A stretch of DNA of 55,961 nucleotides from a virus (Duplodnaviria; Caudoviricetes). The position numbers and the translations under genes were made by a program. Location: positions 1-55,961 of the IMG/VR virus record IMGVR_UViG_3300033814_000040. One strand, 5' to 3'. This document shows, one piece after another, positions 27,901 to 36,687 of this stretch. The notes below the pieces were generated by a model. The model worked only from the letters and a program-made list of their open reading frames with translations, did no database searches and was not told where the DNA came from. Position 1 is the first letter of the stretch. The number at the start of each line of letters is the position of its first letter.

Positions 27901-27927
27901 ATCCGCGTCATGAAGGAGCACTCCTGA
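24925..27927 (+). CDS. tape measure protein (1000 aa)
   Basis: N-terminal IANLIIKLSA, long Ala/Glu/Lys helical body, hydrophobic segments, C-terminal KGG.V...DDVPAML..GEYV. Confidence 0.92.
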   Translation: MANEQTIANLIIKLSAQTVELATGLKRAEGMVSGFKDIVQKALGGISLAIVGYKLKQAVTDAKDYAVQISKTAEKIGISTVDLSKLADAADDVGLSLDTLALGIRFLERAMLEASQQEGETRDIFKSLKVEYEAAPGVVRPAIDVILDLADAFKRMGDEDPTKAPRAMKLMGRGAAEMIPFLNKGKQTLTEWMATSEKAGMVISESLGRRAREFDRTMNNVNDAIKGVSITLMSELLPSLQSAAKFLLDAASAMNSMRGSAGFLVDMTKFLLLSVVPLTAAIFIHSKAIWIANVALRAYGAAIAFFSGPLGWITIGIIALSAAWSLLGKAEREATREQEKFADSVKAMKMDEIQMELRDTERLLTLMRQRYEALREELERDVEVSLFSAGRAKEADDLSKAMARTEARVKILRKAIEEGPKAPSEMIPNAEAMKALEDKLLQLKAAMSEFIDPTAKARAELKAFIEQTVRGKGPITLYQAKINEVTAASERYLAASLDLKIRQAKISGELQNEIAIWDQALADLEIDYERGLVGVENYFAERARIIEEKSKAEIDALKAKRELPGVGEPEKIAIDLEIEVKETGLESALIQEAATAKKAVDEFKAAVRATELQAIVDRNTLDLEILTGQYDTGLVDLATFYRERREMILAEADKEIANIQAEIDVGLPDKERIARENEIARIRARAGLDQIRLNREMAAESRKQVLDAIDLAKMLATAKAEGTTGEIEAMRLRHDAELAELDSRNLEEINQLALHLGQKSELEMDYNEKRQAMEELYAAQDMRRRKKLADQERDVALKRLEAQMFVATELGNIFGQIYEMSGNKLKAFFYLQKAMAIAQIYISAAAGAMKAVEQTGIFGIPMASIIWAMAAANIGIVLAQTVKGFVKGGPVTSGSGRKDDVPAMLTKGEYVQPEPAVRYYGVQVMEAIRRMVIPKDAFKGFGFFPVVRPQFAFAGGGVVDRPAGPSFATNVTVNVADPRLAADLKREIEKTAIRVMKEHS

Positions 27928-27928
27928 C

Positions 27929-28312
27929 ATGAGGCTTGGAACATACCTTTTCCCGTGGACGCCGGACCGATTCACGATCCCGCAGGCGGATCGCATCCAC
28001 GCCGCGGAGAAGACCTGGTCCTCGGCTGTCCTGTTCTCGTGGGGAGCGGACATCATCGGGAAGCGCATCGTCATGGAGTGGGAGTTCACCTCCGTCGCGC
28101 AGTACGACGAGATGCGAGAAATCCTTGAGGCTGACGTTGGGGTGGAGTGGGATCCGAACCGTCCTGGATACGGTGGAATGGCGTACAACGTGGAGGTCCT
28201 TGCCGTGGACGGCGAGTATTTCGAGGTCGCCGACAAGGAGCAGCCCTATCGGAGAAACGTCCGGGTGGAATTGATGATAATGAGCGAGGCCGGCTATGGC
28301 GTTGGTTCTTGA
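27929..28312 (+). CDS. distal tail protein candidate
   Basis: 127 aa directly after the tape measure gene. Confidence 0.55.
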   Translation: MRLGTYLFPWTPDRFTIPQADRIHAAEKTWSSAVLFSWGADIIGKRIVMEWEFTSVAQYDEMREILEADVGVEWDPNRPGYGGMAYNVEVLAVDGEYFEVADKEQPYRRNVRVELMIMSEAGYGVGS

Positions 28313-31300
28313 CCCCACTCTCGCGGCGGCCCAGGACGCGCAGTTCCGCAGGCCGTTGGCGGAGATCATCTCCGGCGCGTTCGTCCCCGACGTGCCGTTC
28401 GACGGGCAGCTCCTGACCGGTGGCGCGACCGCCGAGTCGCGCCCGAACATGATCTCGCTTTCCTCGGGGCGGCTTGCGATCGCCATGAAATACAGTGTCG
28501 GTGGAAGGTACGTTTACACGGACGAGGAGCGCCTGGAGTTCTCCTTCGTCGCCATCCCGAACAGCATCTCGTTCGACGTGGAAGAGATGGTGCTGTGCGA
28601 GCTCGGAAGCGGGAACGTCGGCGTGGTCTTCCTCGAGTCAAGCGTATCGACGTGGAGATTGTCGTCTCGCGTGATCTCCCCTACGGGCGAGCTCGTGTCC
28701 TCCCTGGTGACGATCGCGAATTACGCGAAGTCGTCGTACTGGATCGGCAAGCCCGCGACGGTCCGGCTCCCGGCAGGCGGCTACATCTTCGTGTACGGGA
28801 AGGAGGACGCCGGGACCTACACGATCCAGAAGCGGACCTCTTCGGATTTCCTCTCTTGGAGTGCGGAGTCCGCCCTGTCGATCGGCGGTCTCGATTCCTC
28901 GAAGTGCCGGGACAATCCTTCGCTCCTGGTGGACACGCACGACGACCTGTTCCTCTTCTTCGATTACCTCGACGAGGTGAGCGGGAACCAAGAACGGACG
29001 AATGTGTACTACTCCGTATCGTCCGACGGCGGGAGCACGTGGTCGACTGCCGTGGCGGTCACCAGTTACGCGGACTTCACCGCAACGGGCTTGCATCCGG
29101 CGGCCGTCCAGCTCATAGCCGACCAGATCAAGATGGTCTACTACGAGCAGCGCGGAGCCCTCCACGCGGATGTCAACACGGCGGGATGGACGGACAACGG
29201 AAGCAAGGTCAATGCGGTCTCCTTCGACCCGGTAACGAGGAAGATTTACGCTATCTGCGGGGCACTCGAGGGAGTGGTCGAGATGGACCTCGACACGTGG
29301 ACCGTCACGAACATGTGGGACGACGGCTCCGTGCCTGCGTTCCCCGCGTGGCTTGGCGGCGGCGGAACGCTTGGACACCACGAGCGCCACCTGGTGGTCA
29401 TCACAGACATTACGAATAGGCATCTATATCTGCTCGACGCGCAGGCGAACACGATCACCGGCTACCATTTCTCGGACGACGCCCCGCATCAAATAGTTAC
29501 GAACGTGGAGGGGCTAGTGCCCGGAGGACATCCCGGCACGCCGGTCATACAGAAGACGTGGGTGGACTTTGCCTCGCAGCGTCTCTGGATCTATTTTGCC
29601 CAAGGATACATTGGTGTCGCTACGAACATCGTCGGGTACATCGACCTCTCCCAGACCGCGCCGCCCTACACGTTCCATCAGGTCGTCACGCACACGTTCA
29701 CCCCAAACGCAGGCTATCCCCAATACGATATGTGGATTGACGTCGCGGAGAACTACGCCGTGGTGTCTCACAATGGAGACGTATTCGTCTATTCGCTGGA
29801 AACTGGAAACGTGCTGTATACGTTCAATTATTCCCTGTACCCCGAGTTTCCATATCAAGGGCTCCACGACGTTTCCTATTTGAACAGGAACATCTATGGA
29901 ACATTCTTCTACTTCGATCTTTACGGCCAGGGGGACTATCGCGGCCTATGCAGAATCAACCTGGACGACAGCTCGATCTCCTATTCCCGCCCCACGTGGG
30001 ATACCCTGGACGACTACAAACTGTACGCAATTGAACCGATCTCCACCGGGGAGTTGCTTATCGTCGGCTTCTACTGCGTGACGAAGTTCAACCCGCTGGA
30101 CGGCACGTGGGTGGAGTACAGCAACGACACGATCCCCGGGTTTACTCCGACCGGGGTCGCGGACGGATTCTCTGGCCTTGCGTACGATTCGCTGACCGGT
30201 ACGGTCCTGACCGGGTCCAACGGCTTCTACACCTGGAACGGACTCATCGCGTTCTCCATATACGGATTCATCCGACAGTCCCACTATATCGACGGGGTGA
30301 AGTCGGGAGGATCCTGGTCGTTCGGCTCCGAGGAGGCTTTCACGCAGGGGCTTTACGACTACGAGGCGACTGCCTCGAAGGAGCCGGGGACGACTGCTCT
30401 CTATTCTTTCTGGACCCGGCAGGAGGGAATGGATCTCCGGGTTGCGTGGGACAAGGAGCAACCCGCGTTCAACCTGTCTCAATATCTCATCTCGGGTAAG
30501 GCGGTGATGATCAGGCGCGGAATCGACGGGACACCAGGCAGGCTCGAGTTTACGGTCTCGCACGGGCAACTGTTCGATCCCCACAATTCGTTCTCGCTTC
30601 TTTCCCCGTACCTCAAGAAGTTCCGGAAGATCACGGTCCGATTCGGGGAGAAGATCGGCGGATCGGAATACTGGCAAAACGCAGGGGTGTTCGCGGTCAC
30701 GGAGAACCACATCTCGTACGAACGAGGCGTCTATCCGGTGATGTCCGTGACGGCGGAGGACAAGCGATCCCTCTGGGAGGGCGTCGAGGTCATTGCGACG
30801 GAACACTACGAGACGTATCCGGAGGCGATCATCGGCGACGTCCTCGTTACCTGGGCCGGGGAGCTGCTCGGGAGCATCGACCTTCCGGACTTCGACGGAA
30901 GATACGTCATCTGGCGTCAGTGGATCGACACCGACGTCAAGAGGATCATAGACGACATCGCGAACAGGTTCGGGTACTTCGTCCGCGTGACGGTCGATGA
31001 CGAGGTGTCCGCGAGGAAGATCTCGAACGTCAATCCCGTGGATCACGCGTATGCCAACACGACCCGCATCCAGAACTTCTCGCCGGACGATTCGTTCTCC
31101 GACTGGACGAACCGGGTCGTGGTGGTCGGGGAGTCCAGGGACTTCATAGACGTCCTGATGAACGAGGAGCCGATCCAGGTGCTTTCGGGGACGGTCGGGT
31201 GGTTCGGGCACAAGAAGACGGTCCGCGTGTACTACTCCGAGGACCGCACCAAGCGGTGCAGGAATCCCAGGCTGGAGATCATCGAGAGCGTGAAGAACTT

Positions 31301-31919
31301 CAACTTCCGGCTCGGCGGGGGAGGGGAGTCGATCACGGACAGCGATGGGGTCGAGTTCCTCTGGGTCGAAGTCACGATCGACATGCCGAACCTCGTTCCG
31401 GAGGCTGCCGGACTTGTCGCTGCAATTACTGCGCTCGGCATCGCGTGCGGGAGTTCCATCTTCGTCTCCGGATACTGCTTCGCCGCGCTGTGCATCCTCC
31501 TCGGGGCTCTCTTCTATATCGTCTCGTCGTTCGCCCTGTACCAGTACCAGCTCCATGCGCGCCCGATGGGGAAGGAGAGGCAGTCCATCCAGGCGGAAGC
31601 GAACGACGTCGCGCTCCAGGCGCAGATCGGCCGGGTGGTGACGAAGAAGCTCGAGGACTCCCTGTGCATCACCGTGGGGCAATGCCTCGAGGTGGCGAAC
31701 TACGAGCTGATGATCGCGCAACTCCAGAGGAACCGGGTGACCCTCAAGAAGATCGCGCACCTCCAGGACGAGGAGGGGGACACGATCACGTTTCCCCACC
31801 CGTATACCGGGGCGACCATCAAGATATTCGTGACGGACCTGACGCGTACCTACACCAAGCCGGCGCCGGGGAGCGAATCCGGGGGGATCTTCGACCAGAT
31901 CGAAGGATGGGTGCTGTGA
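28296..31919 (+). CDS. large tail-tip/baseplate hub protein with BNR (Asp-box) beta-propeller region
   Basis: Asp-boxes TSSDFLSWS and SSDGGSTWS; C-terminal hub features (NRVVVVG, LQDEEGDTI); internal hydrophobic hairpin. Confidence 0.75.
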   Translation: MALVLDPTLAAAQDAQFRRPLAEIISGAFVPDVPFDGQLLTGGATAESRPNMISLSSGRLAIAMKYSVGGRYVYTDEERLEFSFVAIPNSISFDVEEMVLCELGSGNVGVVFLESSVSTWRLSSRVISPTGELVSSLVTIANYAKSSYWIGKPATVRLPAGGYIFVYGKEDAGTYTIQKRTSSDFLSWSAESALSIGGLDSSKCRDNPSLLVDTHDDLFLFFDYLDEVSGNQERTNVYYSVSSDGGSTWSTAVAVTSYADFTATGLHPAAVQLIADQIKMVYYEQRGALHADVNTAGWTDNGSKVNAVSFDPVTRKIYAICGALEGVVEMDLDTWTVTNMWDDGSVPAFPAWLGGGGTLGHHERHLVVITDITNRHLYLLDAQANTITGYHFSDDAPHQIVTNVEGLVPGGHPGTPVIQKTWVDFASQRLWIYFAQGYIGVATNIVGYIDLSQTAPPYTFHQVVTHTFTPNAGYPQYDMWIDVAENYAVVSHNGDVFVYSLETGNVLYTFNYSLYPEFPYQGLHDVSYLNRNIYGTFFYFDLYGQGDYRGLCRINLDDSSISYSRPTWDTLDDYKLYAIEPISTGELLIVGFYCVTKFNPLDGTWVEYSNDTIPGFTPTGVADGFSGLAYDSLTGTVLTGSNGFYTWNGLIAFSIYGFIRQSHYIDGVKSGGSWSFGSEEAFTQGLYDYEATASKEPGTTALYSFWTRQEGMDLRVAWDKEQPAFNLSQYLISGKAVMIRRGIDGTPGRLEFTVSHGQLFDPHNSFSLLSPYLKKFRKITVRFGEKIGGSEYWQNAGVFAVTENHISYERGVYPVMSVTAEDKRSLWEGVEVIATEHYETYPEAIIGDVLVTWAGELLGSIDLPDFDGRYVIWRQWIDTDVKRIIDDIANRFGYFVRVTVDDEVSARKISNVNPVDHAYANTTRIQNFSPDDSFSDWTNRVVVVGESRDFIDVLMNEEPIQVLSGTVGWFGHKKTVRVYYSEDRTKRCRNPRLEIIESVKNFNFRLGGGGESITDSDGVEFLWVEVTIDMPNLVPEAAGLVAAITALGIACGSSIFVSGYCFAALCILLGALFYIVSSFALYQYQLHARPMGKERQSIQAEANDVALQAQIGRVVTKKLEDSLCITVGQCLEVANYELMIAQLQRNRVTLKKIAHLQDEEGDTITFPHPYTGATIKIFVTDLTRTYTKPAPGSESGGIFDQIEGWVL

Positions 31920-33181
31920 GGCTGTACGGGAAAAGGTTCCTAAAGAACAAAGTCCGCCGGGAGATGACCTCCAGGGTGGAGACCAGGGACGGCATCGTGT
32001 GGGACGTCCTCCCGGATCAGCGCGTGTGTCGCGTGAAGATCCAGGGTTCCGGCGAGTTCATCGTGGCGTGGTATCCGCTCAACATGGACAAGAACCCGAG
32101 CTGGATGAAGGCAGGGAACGCGGTGAGGATCGCGCACGTGGGCGGGGCGGGGGGAAGGATCGAGGTGGTGGGTCACGGCCTGCGGCTGCCGTCGGCGATG
32201 CCGGGCGGAGACAAGCCGCCGGAGATCGCCGGCCCGGACGGAGTGGTCTCCGGAGCGTACGTCCATGCCCCGGACGTGCCCTCCATGACGGTCGCGATCG
32301 AGCCGGGAACCTACCGGATCAACGGGGTCACGTACGAACTGGCCGGCGAGGGAATGGTGATGTCCGCGACCTCGCAGGAAGTGATGGGGTCCGGATCGGT
32401 CATGGGCGGCGTCGCCGCGACGGTCACGCTGAACGCCGCGCCCGCCGTGAACACGTTCCGGTACGACCTCATCGTCGTCGGTGCGGACGGAGTGGTGGAC
32501 TATATCCCCGGGGCCCCGTGGGCGTACCCGGGGTGGAGCGGATGGGACAAGGTAAGCACCCCGGTCAAGCCGACCGTTCCGGCGGGGCACGTAATGCTCG
32601 GCGACTACATCCTGGTTTACGGCGGAATGACCGAGGTGACCGACGCGGACATCGGGCGCGAATGGACCCGGCCGAGAACGGCGAGCGTGAAGGTCACCGC
32701 GGACGACGCATCGCTGCTGTACGGAGACCTCGTCGGCGGATATCCTCCGGGGACGCTGGCGAACATGAGGACCTACCTGTACGCCCTGGTTTATGACCAG
32801 TACGGGCAGATTTACGGCGAGATGGGACCCCACGCCTATACGGAGGTGGCTTTCCGGGTCGCGTACGGGTACGGCTACGTCTCGCTGAACTGGCCGACTT
32901 TCGTCGGGCCGGGCAAGGACTGGAACGGCGATCGGTCGTGGCTCACCTTGTACGTCGCGACCTGGGGGAGCTACTTCCGGGTCTACTACGCCAGGCCCTT
33001 CGTGTACATCAACCAGCCGATTCCAGAGGACCCGGGCTACCCGGGGTATTACGAGGCGGACGACGGACACACGGCTTTGGTCGAGGTGCGGTGCCGCGCT
33101 TACGACGCGGACTACTTCGACTATATCTATGTTCGCCATCTCGGAAACGACAATGCGACATTCATGCCCCCGGAGATATGA
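31916..33181 (+). CDS. tail spike/central fibre protein (N-terminal OB-fold-like, Tyr-rich C-terminus)
   Basis: GTGA overlap; GIVWDV...CRVKIQG...GNAVRI; RYDLIVV; P.VPAGHV.LG. Confidence 0.6.
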   Translation: MRLYGKRFLKNKVRREMTSRVETRDGIVWDVLPDQRVCRVKIQGSGEFIVAWYPLNMDKNPSWMKAGNAVRIAHVGGAGGRIEVVGHGLRLPSAMPGGDKPPEIAGPDGVVSGAYVHAPDVPSMTVAIEPGTYRINGVTYELAGEGMVMSATSQEVMGSGSVMGGVAATVTLNAAPAVNTFRYDLIVVGADGVVDYIPGAPWAYPGWSGWDKVSTPVKPTVPAGHVMLGDYILVYGGMTEVTDADIGREWTRPRTASVKVTADDASLLYGDLVGGYPPGTLANMRTYLYALVYDQYGQIYGEMGPHAYTEVAFRVAYGYGYVSLNWPTFVGPGKDWNGDRSWLTLYVATWGSYFRVYYARPFVYINQPIPEDPGYPGYYEADDGHTALVEVRCRAYDADYFDYIYVRHLGNDNATFMPPEI

Positions 33182-33184
33182 GCG

Positions 33185-33430
33185 ATGAGCGACAAGGCGG
33201 AAAAGATCCTCGAGTCCATTCTCGAGCAGGCCGTTGAACAGACGACGCTTCACAGGAAGATCGTCGAGAAGATAGAGGATCTGCACGTCGAGTTCGTGAA
33301 GCGAATGCCTTGCGGAGAGCGCACCGCGGAGGAAATGCGGGAGAACATGGAGAAGGTGCTTCAGTCCTTCGAGGGCACGCCCTTCTCCTCGATCTTCAAG
33401 GGCATGATGGGAGGGCCTCGTGGGAAATAA
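33185..33430 (+). CDS. small helical protein (possible fibre chaperone)
   Basis: GGAG RBS; coiled-coil composition. Confidence 0.55.
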   Translation: MSDKAEKILESILEQAVEQTTLHRKIVEKIEDLHVEFVKRMPCGERTAEEMRENMEKVLQSFEGTPFSSIFKGMMGGPRGK

Positions 33431-34391
33431 CTACTTCACGAAGTGGATCGACGGCACGACGAAGTACCGCCTCGCGGACATGGACACTCCGCTCGTCTCC
33501 CTGGATCGGGCCATCACCTACCACAAGGTGGGCATAGTTTCCTGCGACGGCGCACTCTCCTACGACAAGACAACGGGAATCCTCTCATGGTCCGGGTCGC
33601 TTCGCATCCACTTCAACAGGACGGACGGGTTCGCGATCGTGAACACCGTCGCGGCCGGGAACATAACCCTCGCCGACAACGAGTTCGCCTATGTAGACTT
33701 GAACGAAACGGATGCCACCGTATTGACGGTCCAGAAGGCCGCGATCACCACGGGGGCGGCGTCGAACTTCAAGGCGTACAATCGGCTCATCCTCGCCTAC
33801 CGGAACGCGACCTCCGACGAGATGTACCCGGTGGAGCTGGTCAAGGGGTGGACCGTTCCCGAAGGATCGCTACCCGAGAGGAACGCGACGATCTCGTTCA
33901 GCCCCGAGTATCCCGGAGCCGTGATGACGGCTGACGGCGGGGACAACGCCCCCGGAGACTTCGGGATGACCAGCGACCTGGCGGTGTCCGGGAACACGTT
34001 CAGGAACTACTACGAGTGGAAGTCCTCGATCACCACCGCGCTCCAGGACTACGATATCTTCTTCCAGTGGAGAGTGCCGTACAACTTCGACAGGTTCCAG
34101 GCCGGGACGAGCCAGGCGCTCCTGCTGGAGATATGCACGGAGGAGACGGCCGCGACGAACAACAAGATCGACGTGACCCTCCAGAAAGACGGGAGCGCGA
34201 CCACGTCCTCGCTCACCGGGCAGACGTCGGCTTCGGCCGGAGTCTGGAAGCAGATCGGATTCGACGAGACGGACACGGTCCTGGCCTCGCTGTCCCCCGG
34301 GGACATCCTGAACGTCCGCATCAAGATTTACAGCCAGAATGAGAAGTACGCGAGAGTCGGAAGGATCGACCTCGCGGCCGTCCTTCAATAG
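33420..34391 (+). CDS. tail/baseplate fibre-related structural protein
   Basis: Beta-rich, Thr/Ser/Gly-rich; located in the tail module. Confidence 0.6.
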   Translation: MGNNYFTKWIDGTTKYRLADMDTPLVSLDRAITYHKVGIVSCDGALSYDKTTGILSWSGSLRIHFNRTDGFAIVNTVAAGNITLADNEFAYVDLNETDATVLTVQKAAITTGAASNFKAYNRLILAYRNATSDEMYPVELVKGWTVPEGSLPERNATISFSPEYPGAVMTADGGDNAPGDFGMTSDLAVSGNTFRNYYEWKSSITTALQDYDIFFQWRVPYNFDRFQAGTSQALLLEICTEETAATNNKIDVTLQKDGSATTSSLTGQTSASAGVWKQIGFDETDTVLASLSPGDILNVRIKIYSQNEKYARVGRIDLAAVLQ

Positions 34392-34400
34392 GAGGCCGAT

Positions 34401-35378
34401 ATGGCGAGAAGGTTCATCGACGGGTTCGAGAGCGGAACCGCAGACGCCTGGGACCAGAGCGGGGGCGCGGGGACCGTCGGCGGGTCCTACGCGGCGACCG
34501 GCTCGTACGGGCTGTTCCTTGACGCGGTCGCAACGCACTGGCGAAACGTCAATATCCCTGCGTCGGCCACCTATTATTATTCCATGCGCATCAAGACGAC
34601 GAGCATCGGGGGGCTCTCCATCTGCCAGTTCTTCGAGGGGGCGATCCAGCACATAGGTTTTCTGGTCAGCGCGAACAAGATCCAGGTGAAGCGTGGAACG
34701 ACGACGCTGACGGATTCCGGCGTCAACGTACTGTCCAGCAACATCTGGTACCTGGTGTCGGGGTGGGTCTACATCCACGACTCGGCCGGCCGGGTGGTCG
34801 TCGACGTCAACGGGATCAACTGGATCGACTTCACGGGCGACACCCAGAACGCCGGAAGCGGACCCATCGACATCTTCCGAATCGGTTCCGACGCGGCGAA
34901 CGGAGGCGTCCCGCGCTGGTACTACGACGACATCGTCTTAGACGACGCGAACCCGATCGTCAACTCCAGGATCGCCGGAATCGCGGTGGATGGAGCTGGT
35001 AACTCGACGCAATGGACACCGTCGGCCGGCAGCAACTATCAGTGCGTGGACGAGATCCCGCCGTCGGACGCGGACTACGTGTACGTGAACTCCAACGACC
35101 AGGTCGATCTCTATTCCCTGGCGAACCTCGGGGTGAGCGGCGTGGACATCAAGTCGGTGCAGGTCCTCGCGAGGGCGCAGAAGGAAGGTGCGTCCACCCC
35201 GCAGAAGATCGCTCTTGCGGTCAGGACTGGAGCCACCAACTACGTGAGCTCCGACCAGAACCTCGCCACGGCCTTCAAGGGTCATCGGAACGTCTGGGAG
35301 CAGAACCCTAACACGGTTGCCGCATGGACGGAGAGCGACGTGAACGGCCTCGAGGCCGGGGTCAAGTCGAGGGCATGA
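34401..35378 (+). CDS. two-domain adhesin-like virion protein (ConA/lectin-like plus jelly-roll)
   Basis: FIDGFESG, NIWYLV, VDVNG, YYDDIVL, then a second beta-sandwich. Confidence 0.65.
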   Translation: MARRFIDGFESGTADAWDQSGGAGTVGGSYAATGSYGLFLDAVATHWRNVNIPASATYYYSMRIKTTSIGGLSICQFFEGAIQHIGFLVSANKIQVKRGTTTLTDSGVNVLSSNIWYLVSGWVYIHDSAGRVVVDVNGINWIDFTGDTQNAGSGPIDIFRIGSDAANGGVPRWYYDDIVLDDANPIVNSRIAGIAVDGAGNSTQWTPSAGSNYQCVDEIPPSDADYVYVNSNDQVDLYSLANLGVSGVDIKSVQVLARAQKEGASTPQKIALAVRTGATNYVSSDQNLATAFKGHRNVWEQNPNTVAAWTESDVNGLEAGVKSRA

Positions 35379-35379
35379 C

Positions 35380-35577
35380 ATGGCAGACCAGGCGACGACA
35401 TCCCAGGTCCACGTCCAGGCGGAATACGAGACGGCGCCGCAGGCCGTCGTCTCCCAGGTGTTCGTGCAGGTGGAATACATGATCCCGACGAGCGGTGCCC
35501 CAACCCAGGAGAGGCTGCTTCGACATGGATCATGGTTCGGTTCATCCGTGAAGCAGAGGTTCTGGTGGGCGAGATGA
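35380..35577 (+). CDS. 65-aa protein with two SQVxVQxEY repeats
   Basis: ATTSQVHVQAEY and AVVSQVFVQVEY; basic/aromatic C-terminus. Confidence 0.65.
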   Translation: MADQATTSQVHVQAEYETAPQAVVSQVFVQVEYMIPTSGAPTQERLLRHGSWFGSSVKQRFWWAR

Positions 35578-35590
35578 GAAGGAGGAAACG

Positions 35591-35800
35591 ATGAGCGGGA
35601 ACAACGAGAAGCCAAGGCCGCGGATCATCATCACGCTGCATCCTGGCGGCGGAGTCGAGATCGAAGGGCCCCTCCAGGACAAGATCCTGTGCTTCGGGAT
35701 GCTGAAGATGGCGGAGCACATGGTGGCGGAGTGGAAGCCGGAGAATCAGCCGAAGATAGTCGTTCCGCAGATCCAAGTCGGGGAGCTCCCGAACCAATAA
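35591..35800 (+). CDS. small hypothetical protein
   Basis: AAGGAGG RBS; IEGPLQDKILCFGML. Confidence 0.65.
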   Translation: MSGNNEKPRPRIIITLHPGGGVEIEGPLQDKILCFGMLKMAEHMVAEWKPENQPKIVVPQIQVGELPNQ

Positions 35801-35818
35801 GCGAGGAGGTGGAAAGAA

Positions 35819-36316
35819 ATGGCAGCGACAGTTCAGATCCACGAGATGACGGCGGCCGCGGCCGGGACGGACAAGACCAGCGGAACGATCCGGTTCAAGG
35901 CGGCGGACAATCAAACGGTCGATTCAAATGACCGACTCCAGATCCCGACGGGCGCGGAGATATTCAGCTACACGAAGCACGCGAGATTCTACTTCTCGAC
36001 GGGACCGAGCGTGGACATCCAGAACTTGCGGGGCTACTCGGACGGGGGCGGATTCGGCACAGGAGTAAACGTGGACTACGACGTCCCCGGCGGCGGACTC
36101 GGCACTTTTCCGAACATCAACACGGACATCGCCGGGACGGACCTGTTCCTTCGCGGGTCCGGAGACCCGGTGGACCTGGACGCGATCAACACGGGGCCGC
36201 ACACCGGGACAGGGTACAAGGGCGACCACATCCGGATGCAGATGGGCGTGGCGAACACGGCGGCGCCCGGGCAACTCACGGGGGAGACGCTCACCTTCGC
36301 GTACGACGAGACGTAA
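35819..36316 (+). CDS. beta-sandwich virion protein (candidate fibre subunit)
   Basis: GAGGAGG RBS; Gly/Thr-rich; ends APGQLTGETLTFAYDET. Confidence 0.65.
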   Translation: MAATVQIHEMTAAAAGTDKTSGTIRFKAADNQTVDSNDRLQIPTGAEIFSYTKHARFYFSTGPSVDIQNLRGYSDGGGFGTGVNVDYDVPGGGLGTFPNINTDIAGTDLFLRGSGDPVDLDAINTGPHTGTGYKGDHIRMQMGVANTAAPGQLTGETLTFAYDET

Positions 36317-36319
36317 AAT

Positions 36320-36679
36320 ATGTTCCCGGTCTCCGAGGCGTACGGGTGGGAAGTAGAGATACTGGACCACACGGTCATTCGGCAGTACCCGGGCGACGGG
36401 ACCGAGACCCCGTCGACGAAGATCCCGGTGGGGGAGGTCGTGCGCGCCTCGATCGTCCCCCACCTCGGGGCTGGCCCGAGGCACGACGTCCTACTCGACC
36501 ACGGGCGCGGGGAGAAGTTCGTCAGAAGGTTCGGGCGCGGGATCATGAAGGATCGCGGGAACGGGCACAAGCTGGTGGAGTACCTTCACTGTCTCGAAAC
36601 GACTCATTATCGCTTCTGGATCTTCAGTTCGTCGGGGCAATCGCTCGTGACGAACCCGGAGTTTGAGCTGTACCTGTGA
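36320..36679 (+). CDS. hypothetical protein (possible fibre assembly factor)
   Basis: Clean ORF between structural genes. Confidence 0.6.
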   Translation: MFPVSEAYGWEVEILDHTVIRQYPGDGTETPSTKIPVGEVVRASIVPHLGAGPRHDVLLDHGRGEKFVRRFGRGIMKDRGNGHKLVEYLHCLETTHYRFWIFSSSGQSLVTNPEFELYL

Positions 36680-36687
36680 GGGCGTAG

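Noticed and set aside
29946-31799. Long antisense ORFs (also 25882-27189, 48580-50466, 50303-51619, 18981-20237, 20574-21851)
   Set aside because: They are antisense shadows of well-supported genes, as expected at high GC3, and show no motifs.
32700-33181. Tyr-rich C-terminus as a diversity-generating retroelement target
   Set aside because: No reverse transcriptase or template repeat is visible in the window.
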